A stretch of DNA of 64,000 bases from positions 32,001 to 96,000 of IMG/VR virus record IMGVR_UViG_3300028914_000064; one strand, given 5' to 3'. Position 1 is the stretch's first letter. Every line of letters begins with the position of its first letter. Positions 9,128 through 16,956 of the stretch are shown here, in pieces. The DNA comes from a virus (taxonomy: Duplodnaviria; Caudoviricetes). The translations under genes were made by a program, and so were the position numbers. The notes beneath the pieces are model-generated. The model ran no database searches, had not been told where the DNA came from, and was given only the letters and a program-made list of their open reading frames with translations.

Positions 9128-9437
9128 CAAAATCAATGCCGAGTGTATCGGCTGGAACACAACGGCTAAAGATGTAACATCTTATTCCTTCACAACTTCA
9201 ACCACTTGGGCGGCGCCGTATAATGGATATTTTTGCATCCAAGTAGCTTCAAACACCGACACTCAACATGATGTTAGTATAACTTGCGGTAATAAACAGG
9301 TAGCGGGTCAATATTTCGTATATAAATATCAAAAACTGATGGCATATCTGCCATTAAGAAAAGGAACGGGGCTAGTAATCACAGGTAATGTCGATATTCT
9401 TATGATAACTTGTATGACGGGCGTTTTTAATCCGTAA
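9126..9437 (+). pseudogene. Startless cassette A, adhesin/tail-fibre C-terminal domain-like
   Basis: SKINAE...WAAPYNGYF...LPLRKG...FNP; no SD or start codon of its own. Confidence 0.6.
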
Positions 9438-9439
9438 AA

Positions 9440-9733
9440 TCAATAACTGAATGGATAAAAGATAGCGGTCGCACCAGAGTCAATTCTTGTAGTCTTAAGC
9501 TTGGTTCCTTTTTTAACGTATATGGCAGAACCTGAACCTAAGTTATTAACTGGCGTTACTTCAAAAACGTTAAACATAAAGGCACTATTTTTATCATAAA
9601 ATTCAACTACCACAGCCGTACCAGCGCCAGCGCCTCCCGCTATTTTCACATAGCCATCAGAAGTTGTTGTATACAGAACGTTTAAATCAAGGGCTACCGC
9701 GGTTCCTTTCGCTCCAGCGTTTGCCAATTTGCT
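9440..9733 (-). pseudogene. Startless cassette B, adhesin/tail-fibre C-terminal domain-like
   Basis: SKLANA...YTTTSDGYV...IYVKKG...FYPF; no SD. Confidence 0.6.
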
Positions 9734-10069
9734 AAATGACGAAATAAAAAGAGTATGTGATAAATGGAAAAATTTATATCAATGACTTCAAATAAATATA
9801 AAAATATTGACAAAGTTATTCCAAGTATTTACGGAAAAAAGAGACAAAAGATTTTTTATTTAAGTTTAACAACATATAGTTTAATTCCGGTTGATAATAA
9901 AATATCTTATATTACAGGAAAGGTGATTAAATTTAGAGATATATAGTACTTTCATATAAAGAAATTTTTTATAAGTACTCTTCTCTCCTCTTTTCTATTT
10001 TTATAACAAAGAAAGTAAAAAATAGGCTTATAGTATACTGTTACGCTATAAAAAATGGGAGGTAAAAAA

Positions 10070-10249
10070 ATGGCTAAAATATGTGATGATAGATGTGAAA
10101 ATTGTCTATATATTTGTGAAGGTGACTTTATATGTACAGAGATCAATGAGCTTGTGATAGTTGATTGGGTTCCGATTTATGGAACTTGTATTAAGCATAA
10201 AAAAAGAAACCTTTTTAATGATTTAAAGAAAAAAGCGGCCAAAGGATGA
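10070..10249 (+). CDS. Small Cys-rich hypothetical protein
   Basis: SD GGAGGT; CxxxCxxC. Confidence 0.6.
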   Translation: MAKICDDRCENCLYICEGDFICTEINELVIVDWVPIYGTCIKHKKRNLFNDLKKKAAKG

Positions 10250-10665
10250 TTATTATGCGTTCAAAAAGATTTAAAGAAGCAATGAAGGCTGAAGCAATAA
10301 AACGGATGCAAAGACTTGGAATATCTAATGAAGTTATTACTATCTTTAAATCTGAAAATAAATTGCTTTGTTCATATCATGTAGTACAAGTAGATGTTCC
10401 ATCTGAAATAATATCGGAACTTCAAAATTGGGAAAAAGAATCTGGGAATATAATCTATCATGTTGTTTATAGTAGATTATTTGGTTATGAAATTTACAAT
10501 GCATTAATAGTCTCTAAATATATTGAAGATTGGGATTATGAAACAATTATGATAGATAAAGGAAGGACAATGGCTTATACAATAAACGTTTCTAAACCAG
10601 ATTATTCAGAATTAGGAACGATTATTCTTGAAAATCATCATGGAGTATTACAGAGAACATATTGA
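10246..10665 (+). CDS. Hypothetical phage protein
   Basis: ORF track, ATGA overlap. Confidence 0.75.
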   Translation: MIIMRSKRFKEAMKAEAIKRMQRLGISNEVITIFKSENKLLCSYHVVQVDVPSEIISELQNWEKESGNIIYHVVYSRLFGYEIYNALIVSKYIEDWDYETIMIDKGRTMAYTINVSKPDYSELGTIILENHHGVLQRTY

Positions 10666-10709
10666 TTAAATTATTTCTATAATAATAAAAAAAATATGGA
10701 GGAATTGTT

Positions 10710-11078
10710 ATGAAGGATGATTTTGAATTTGAATTAATAAAAGCTGAATTACTTGATGCTTTTTTTGAACAACTTACTAATGTTAAACCAGCTAAAATAG
10801 AATATAGTGTAGATGAACATGGTGTAGTTAAAGGGTATATAAAAGGAAGAAATGCTGAATTACTGCTACTTGTGGCGACAATTATTAGCGATAGAATAAA
10901 AAAAATAACGGAAGATATTGAGGGTTTTTCTGATACATATTTAAAACTTTTAAAAGAAATTATTTGTGTGCTTCAAGATTATAGTATGACTTTTGAAAAA
11001 TCTAATGAACAAAATAAAAAGAATGATGAGAATTCATTAAAAAAATTCAATGATATTTTTAAGGACTTGGATTTATAA
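10710..11078 (+). CDS. Hypothetical protein, paralog of 8822..9127
   Basis: SD GGAGG; shared motifs. Confidence 0.75.
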   Translation: MKDDFEFELIKAELLDAFFEQLTNVKPAKIEYSVDEHGVVKGYIKGRNAELLLLVATIISDRIKKITEDIEGFSDTYLKLLKEIICVLQDYSMTFEKSNEQNKKNDENSLKKFNDIFKDLDL

Positions 11079-11098
11079 AAAAGGGAGGATTCTTTTCG

Positions 11099-11254
11099 AT
11101 GATAAGTCAGGATGAAGCAATTTTGATTGAAATTATGAGAGTAAATAGAAAAGAAATGGCTTTATTATATCTTGAACATTATGTTCAACGATTTGGGCCT
11201 CTTAGAAATGAAGTTGGGGATATAATTAAAAAGATTTTGGAAGAAAAAGAATAA
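11099..11254 (+). CDS. Small hypothetical protein (51 aa) upstream of tnpB
   Basis: Manual translation MISQDEAILIEIM...ILEEKE; SD GGGAGG. Confidence 0.6.
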   Translation: MISQDEAILIEIMRVNRKEMALLYLEHYVQRFGPLRNEVGDIIKKILEEKE

Positions 11255-11292
11255 GAAATAAATTTATAAAATATATTTAATGGGAGTTACTA

Positions 11293-12459
11293 ATGATTAA
11301 ATCTATGAAAGTAATGTTACTTCCTAACAACGTTCAAAAGACAAGGCTATTCCAACACGCAGGAGCGGCAAGATTTCTTTATAATTGGGCTCTTTCAATG
11401 GAAGAAAAGAATTATAAATTAGGCGGAAAATTCATATCATATTATGAGCTTGCAAAAGAACTTACAGAGCTTAAGAGAACAGATGAATATGCATGGCTTA
11501 ACGAAATATCAATCACAACATGCCAAAAGGCTATAAAAGATGCCTGTGATGCCTATTCTAACTTTTTTAAGAAAAGGGCAAAATTTCCCAAATATAAATC
11601 AAAGGATAAGACAAAACCAAGTTTCTTTCAGACAGACCAGGTTATAGAATTTACCGATACACATGTAAAGCTAAGTTGTTTGTCCCTTAGCAGGAAGGCA
11701 AATAGAAAACAATTAAACTGGGTAAGACTTGCAGAACATGGCAAGATACCAATAAATGTAAAGCATAGCAATCCGAGGATAACTTACGATGGTCTTAATT
11801 GGTGGATAAGCGTAGGGATAGAATATCCTGATAAGAATGTAAACTTATCTGAAGAAGGATTAGGTGTTGATCTAGGAATAAGGAACCTTGCTGTGTGTTC
11901 TGATGATAGCATTTATCCTAACATCAATAAGACCAAGGCGATCAAAGATTTAGAGAAGAGAAAACGAAGATTGCAACGAAGTATATCCAGGAAATATGAG
12001 ATGAACAAAAAGGGGGATGAATTTGTAAAGACAAAAAATATAATAAAAGATGAAAAAAAGTTATTAAAGATGCACCACAGGTTGAGTAATATTAGGAAAA
12101 ACTATTTACATCATACATCAAAAGAAATAGTTGAAAAGAATCCTAAATTCATCTGTATTGACGACCTAAATATTCAGAGCATGATGAAGAATAAATACCT
12201 TGCAAAAGCAATTCAGGAACAGTCACTTTATGAATTTTCAAGGCAGCTTGAATATAAGAGTAATTTCAAAGGAATCCAATTTATAAAAGCAGACAGGAAA
12301 TTTCCATCATCTAAGAAATGCAGTCAATGTGGCAGGATAAAGAAAGATTTAAAACCTTATCAAAAGACATATAAGTGTGAGTGTGGAAATGTTATTGATG
12401 TACATAAGCAAGCGGCGCTCAATCTTAAAACATATGGAGAAGAGAATATTGCAGAATAA
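11293..12459 (+). CDS. tnpB: IS607-type TnpB / Cas12f-like RNA-guided protein with degenerate RuvC (D193, E->D290, D->H371)
   Basis: N-terminal HTH (AGAARFLYNWAL), RuvC-I GVDLG, RuvC-II ICIDDL instead of IxIEDL, Zn finger CSQC/CEC, RuvC-III IDVHKQAALNL instead of IDRDxNAAxNL. Confidence 0.92.
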   Translation: MIKSMKVMLLPNNVQKTRLFQHAGAARFLYNWALSMEEKNYKLGGKFISYYELAKELTELKRTDEYAWLNEISITTCQKAIKDACDAYSNFFKKRAKFPKYKSKDKTKPSFFQTDQVIEFTDTHVKLSCLSLSRKANRKQLNWVRLAEHGKIPINVKHSNPRITYDGLNWWISVGIEYPDKNVNLSEEGLGVDLGIRNLAVCSDDSIYPNINKTKAIKDLEKRKRRLQRSISRKYEMNKKGDEFVKTKNIIKDEKKLLKMHHRLSNIRKNYLHHTSKEIVEKNPKFICIDDLNIQSMMKNKYLAKAIQEQSLYEFSRQLEYKSNFKGIQFIKADRKFPSSKKCSQCGRIKKDLKPYQKTYKCECGNVIDVHKQAALNLKTYGEENIAE

Positions 12460-12634
12460 TATTATTGTACCGAAAGCTGGTTCGGGAATTTACGCCTATG
12501 GAGAGTACTTGAACTTGTTAGTAGACAGCACCATCGTCGAAAGCATACTCGATGAAATAGGAATGGATCATAAAAGTATATCTTTTTATAAGTATTCAGC
12601 CGGGATTTAGTCCCTTGCATCTTATGAATTTGAC
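12460..12634 (+). ncRNA. omegaRNA/reRNA-like scaffold extended by a hairpin and anti-repeat (candidate tracrRNA)
   Basis: Stems CCGAA/TTCGG, CCTAT/ATAGG, GAGTA/TACTC; loop GCTG can pair with CAGC (12597-12600); IS607-like end ...CGG; TTGCATCTTATGAATTT (12615-12631) is complementary to the repeat 3' half. Confidence 0.7.
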
Positions 12635-12934
12635 CTTTTAGAAGTATGTAAATTTGCATGGGTGTAAAGCCAGTGACTTTCTTTGCTTTGTATCCAGTAT
12701 CTTTTAGAAGTATGTAAATTTGCATGGGTGTAAAGCAGAAAAGGCTGTCAGCTACGTTAAATCCATCTTTTAGAAGTATGTAAATTTGCATGGGTGTAAA
12801 GCTTACAGACATGTCACCTTGTTCATAAAGTTCTTTTAGAAGTATGTAATTTTATATGGGTGTAAAGCAAGAAGTCACATTGAAACTATATTCGGATACT
12901 TTTAGAAGCATGTGATTTTATATGGGTGTAAAGT
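12635..12934 (+). CRISPR. CRISPR array: 5 repeats (36 nt, CTTTTAGAAGTATGTAAATTTGCATGGGTGTAAAGC) and 4 spacers (30 nt)
   Basis: Repeats start at 12635, 12701, 12767, 12833, 12899 (66-nt period). First three are identical, last two degenerate. Plus orientation inferred from degeneration polarity and G:U-compatible hairpin. Confidence 0.95.
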
Positions 12935-12957
12935 ATTGATGGCTATGTGAGGATTTC

Positions 12958-13215
12958 ATAGATGCAAAGCGTCTTTTTGAGAAAATAACTAAAAGGCGGG
13001 CAATAGATGCAAAGCCCTCTCGCTTGCTATGTAATGCGTGACTATTATGGATGCAAAGTTGAAGTGTTTCAGAGTTAAAAGAAATAAGCTTGGGAACAAA
13101 TTATTAGCAGATATTGCTTTTAGGAGCCAAAACACCAAACCTGTTATTGTATACCTCTAACAAGGCTCCTAAAAGCTTATCAAGATGCAAAGCTAGACTA
13201 TAATGGATTCAAAGT
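12958..13215 (+). repeat. Mini-repeats ATRGATGCAAAG(C/T) resembling the CRISPR repeat 3' end
   Basis: Copies at 12958, 13003, 13047 (45/44-nt period); partial copies at 13182 and 13203. Confidence 0.65.
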
Positions 13216-13248
13216 GAGGAATGAAGCTTTTCAAACTAGGAGGGGAAA

Positions 13249-13431
13249 ATGGGGATAGAAGGACTTAAGTTAATAATATGCTTACTTAGCATAAATGTGA
13301 TGATTATAGCTTTTTTGATGTTAAAAACTATTCTATTGCAGAAACGAATGCTCAATATTATTGAAGATATTTTAAATAGACAAAAAAATATATTTAAAGA
13401 TTTTTTAGATATTGATAATGAAGGAAGTTAA
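13249..13431 (+). CDS. Small membrane protein
   Basis: SD GGAGGGG; N-terminal TM helix. Confidence 0.6.
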   Translation: MGIEGLKLIICLLSINVMIIAFLMLKTILLQKRMLNIIEDILNRQKNIFKDFLDIDNEGS

Positions 13432-13469
13432 AAAATAAATATAAGAAGAATTACTAAAAGGAGAAACGT

Positions 13470-13625
13470 ATGGAAATTGATATAGAAAAAGCAATAGATA
13501 GTCTTTTAGAAACAAATGTTGATGAAATAACATATAGTATGGATATACAAAGAAACAAACAGAAATATAGTATTGAATTTACAATAAAAAAAGAAGCTAA
13601 CGAAAATTTGGATAAAACTGATTAG
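13470..13625 (+). CDS. Small hypothetical protein (51 aa)
   Basis: Manual translation MEIDIEKAIDSLL...; SD AGGAG. Confidence 0.6.
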   Translation: MEIDIEKAIDSLLETNVDEITYSMDIQRNKQKYSIEFTIKKEANENLDKTD

Positions 13626-13661
13626 AAGAATTTATTTTATAATATGGATAATATTACTAAC

Positions 13662-13781
13662 TTGAATAAAAATGGCTAATATGTTATGCTTTGATAAAGA
13701 AAAGGCGGCAACCCCGCTTAATCATTAGTTAGTTTTAAGAAATAAAACCGCCATGAATGACCAGTTCGGGGCGGTTTATTT
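13662..13781 (+). ncRNA. Type I antitoxin sRNA (promoter through terminator)
   Basis: TTGAAT-17-TATGCT with extended TG; hairpin AAACCGCC...GGCGGTTT overlapping the toxin stop. Confidence 0.65.
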
Positions 13782-13856
13782 CTTTATCTGAAGAACCAAT
13801 GTTATAACAGCCACAAGCATTATTACAAAAGTAAATAATTCCATATAAGTTACCAT
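13776..13856 (-). CDS. Putative holin-like type I toxin, 26 aa (MVTYMELFTFVIMLVAVITLVLQIKK)
   Basis: Manual translation; SD GGAGGTG; matches the Hol_Tox-like pattern. Confidence 0.75.
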   Translation of the reverse strand: MVTYMELFTFVIMLVAVITLVLQIKK

Positions 13857-13955
13857 TGGCATCACCTCCTCGCATACGCGAGGCTACCGCCTAAAAGATC
13901 ATATAATATACAAAAATATAAAAAGAAAACCTTTTATAATAAAAAAGTTTTCTTT

Positions 13956-15123
13956 TTATATATCTCTTTTCAATATTTCTGCAACATCATCAATATTTTT
14001 TTTTACAATAAATGGCGTTTTCATTCCTTCACAAAAAATATTTGTACATATAGATGGATTTCCATGTAAGAAGGATGGAGTAAGTCCATTTACATTCTTG
14101 GGATTTATGTATATATTATCAATTTTAATCAAGTTCACTTTATTTATTCTCCTTTATATGCTCATTTTAATATCTCTAATTCTTTATATGGTGCGTTCCA
14201 AAAATCTTTAGAGTAATGATGCTGATATTCCTTATTTTCCCCCATTACAACAACAATATTCTCTAATTCCATAACTTTTTCACTAGGAAACATCATCCTT
14301 CTAATATCCCCATTAGTCGCATTGTTGGGAATTGGTATTGCCTGAACCGTATAATAATCTAGTTCAAGTGTATTCCTAGCCCACTGCAAAGCCCATAAAT
14401 AGCCAATTTGTCCGCCATCTTTTACTGTTCCGCAAGGTTCATCCCTTTTTAGTTGTTTTGCAACAATATCCGCTGTAGTGTCGATATTGGCGCGCAATCT
14501 CTCCATGTATTCATCTGCGTTAATTACTCTCATTCACTCACCTCCTTTGTATGGTTCGGGTGATTGCATCCAAGCTACTACATTTGCCCAGTATTCAAGT
14601 TCTCCAATCCAAATACCAAGCGTCATATATCCTTCTTTTACTGTGACTAAATATGTTCCGTATTTTTCAGGCAACCGCTCACTAATAGGAATCCATTCCG
14701 TCTGATTTAGTAGGTCAATAATCATTTTGCTTGCTTGATATGTTCCACTATTAGGAGCGAGTTCAATCGCTTTCATCATTTGTTCACAATGTTTTCTAAG
14801 ATCTTCTCTTGTCATTACTCTTCTTCCTTTTCTCCTAACAACTTAGCCATAATATCACAAAGTTCATGATAACTAATTACAAGTGCTCCTCCATCATATA
14901 GTTCTTCTGCATAATCGATTATTGCTATATCTTTGACTCGATTTCGAAGTTCATCGAAATAGGATTGGACTATTGCTAGTTTAACAGTTTCATTATTAGA
15001 AACACAGATGCCTTTTGATACTGCTTTCCATATTTTTTCACAATTAAGTAATGAAATATAGTTAGTATTGTTTTTTGCATCTTTTACCATATCATTGGGA
15101 ATATCAATAAGTATTTTTGCCAT
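13956..15123 (-). other. Four small phage hypothetical CDS (13956-14138, 14162-14533, 14534-14815 DUF551-like, 14815-15123)
   Basis: Tightly packed ORFs with SDs; WIPISERLPE...VVAWM motif in 14534-14815. Confidence 0.75.
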
Positions 15124-15206
15124 TTCAAGTTCTCCTTTTTAAACTGATAAATCGTAAGGATTTATTTACTTCAACATATAAAAGAGAAAAGCAAAAAGAA
15201 TATAAG

Positions 15207-15983
15207 TTATTTTCTGCAATATTTATTTTCGGCAAAGTATAATTCTTTAAGCGAATATATTGTTGTCCCATCATTAACAACATATGCCTGGAAATCCTTA
15301 TTTGAGAACTTCATAACATGACGCAAATTTATAATAAAATCTTTTTCTTTAGAAAACTTCGTAATCCATTTTGCGCAGTTATCACCGCATGTCGATGCAT
15401 TAAAAATCATATCTGGATTGTTATATATCAGCATCAAAGTTTTTGCTCCACCGGAAAGTTTTGTAGGTGGCATAACCCCAAATATAGGACTATTAATACT
15501 ATTTGCGTTTATAACTTCTGACTTGTCCACGCTTTTAATCATTTTCTGCATTTCAGGATTCTCAAACCAAACATTTTCATATTTATTATTAAAGTACATA
15601 TCTGTGTTATATATACTTCCATTGACAGAATCCCCAAAAACAATATTTAACTTAGAAAGTGGAATCCCATTTTTCTTACAATATAATTTAAGTGCACTTA
15701 GTAGATAAGCATATCTCTCATCAGATTGCTTATCAATCAGCCATATTTTAAATTCCTCAATCCCTTTTAGATCAATATAATCGTCCTTATTCTGTGTATT
15801 AAAAATACGAATAATTTTTTTGCAATCTTCGGCTTGTTTTATTTCGTGAAAAAAGAGATTTATTTCATCTGAAAAAGATTTTTTTGATTTACTACTGATA
15901 TTTTGTATGGCTTTCTGTACTATTGACATTAATTTTGGTAGATATATATTCAATTTATCATCCATTGAATTTTTATAATTCAT
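15207..15983 (-). CDS. DUF4869-like protein with N-terminal extension
   Basis: LSGGAKTL...FNASTCGDNCAKW motif. Confidence 0.75.
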   Translation of the reverse strand: MNYKNSMDDKLNIYLPKLMSIVQKAIQNISSKSKKSFSDEINLFFHEIKQAEDCKKIIRIFNTQNKDDYIDLKGIEEFKIWLIDKQSDERYAYLLSALKLYCKKNGIPLSKLNIVFGDSVNGSIYNTDMYFNNKYENVWFENPEMQKMIKSVDKSEVINANSINSPIFGVMPPTKLSGGAKTLMLIYNNPDMIFNASTCGDNCAKWITKFSKEKDFIINLRHVMKFSNKDFQAYVVNDGTTIYSLKELYFAENKYCRK

Positions 15984-16219
15984 ATAAAATACCTTAATTG
16001 AGGTGACTTTTTTATTTTGAAATTTTATCAGATTCGGAATCTATAGATTTTTCTTTTATTTCATCATTTGCATCAGATCCATCACATTCCTTTTGATGTG
16101 AACATAAGTTACAATTACATTCATATGTATAATTTCCGGTTCTAAAACATCTTTCATTTGCATTCATAATAAATACCTCTAATAAGTTGAGATTGTATTA
16201 TTTATTTTTTTCTTAAATT

Positions 16220-16657
16220 TTAAACATATTCCAGAGCTATATGAATATAATCATGAAGAGTATTTATTTTTTTATTTTCATTGATAATGCCTATTTCGAG
16301 ATTTTTACAATTGTCAAAAGGCATATAATATCTTAAATTAACAGAAACGTCTTTTTTTTGACCTATTTCTAATAACCATTTAGCACAATTTTCTCCACAG
16401 CTGGTAGCATTAAACATAAGATCTGGTCTTTTATATATACAAATAAGTGTTTTTAATCCACCAGATAATCTTTCCGGAGGAATTGGCCCAAGTAGATCAC
16501 TTACAATTAATTGTCCACCTTTATAATGTGATTTGTCTATATCTTCCATCATTTTAGATATAAATGGATCTTCAAACCACTCTTCTTTATAATTAAATAT
16601 AAACCAAGATGGACCATATATTACGTCTTCTTTTTCACCAAAAAATATACTCAACAT
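16220..16657 (-). CDS. DUF4869-like protein (paralog)
   Basis: LSGGLKTL...FNATSCGENCAKW; start reassigned to MLSIFFG. Confidence 0.75.
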   Translation of the reverse strand: MLSIFFGEKEDVIYGPSWFIFNYKEEWFEDPFISKMMEDIDKSHYKGGQLIVSDLLGPIPPERLSGGLKTLICIYKRPDLMFNATSCGENCAKWLLEIGQKKDVSVNLRYYMPFDNCKNLEIGIINENKKINTLHDYIHIALEYV

Positions 16658-16697
16658 TTTATTTGTCCTTACAAATATATTGTTATTTTTATGAAGG

Positions 16698-16718
16698 GGC
16701 GGAGCAAAGATTGCTCCG
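16698..16718. terminator. GC-rich hairpin, probable terminator
   Basis: GCGGAGCAA-aga-TTGCTCCGC. Confidence 0.5.
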
Positions 16719-16764
16719 CTTGGGGGAATGTATATTTTATGTTTGTGGGGGACAAACATAAAGC

Positions 16765-16947
16765 CTAAATTGTAATAGTTTTATTCATATTACTATCGAT
16801 CCATTGGATGAATTTATCACGTGGAATAATGTATTGTCTATTTATTTTTATTTTTGGGAAGTCATCTCTTTTTACTAAAGAATAGGTTTGGTTAATTCCT
16901 AGTCCGAGTAGTTTTGAAATTTCTTTAACCGTCATCATTTCTTTCAT
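16765..16947 (-). CDS. HTH_17 / excisionase-like DNA-binding protein
   Basis: MTVKEISKLLGLG...Y...FPKIKI...YIIPR..F..W. Confidence 0.85.
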   Translation of the reverse strand: MKEMMTVKEISKLLGLGINQTYSLVKRDDFPKIKINRQYIIPRDKFIQWIDSNMNKTITI

Positions 16948-16956
16948 GATTATACC

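Larger units (their letters stand above)
9125..9734. mobile_element. Invertible/mobile cassette pair encoding two tail-fibre-tip-like C-terminal domains
   Basis: Inverted sites TTTCG-CAAAA-TAGCAAA (9115-9131) and TTTCG-TCATT-TAGCAAA (minus strand, 9744-9728); visibly higher GC; two tail-to-tail ORFs in the same frame relative to the site. Confidence 0.7.

Noticed and set aside
9060-9437. ORF 9060-9437 as a real 125-aa gene
   Set aside because: Its N-terminus is an out-of-frame overlap with 8822-9127 and has no SD; only the part after the recombination-like site looks coding.
11293-12603. Ordinary active IS607/IS1341 insertion
   Set aside because: No tnpA or recognisable left end, altered RuvC residues, and the guide position holds a hairpin plus anti-repeat.
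12377-12812. ORFs 12377-12610 (+) and 12462-12812 (-)
   Set aside because: Shadow translations of the ncRNA and the CRISPR repeats (repeated FTPMQIYILLK).
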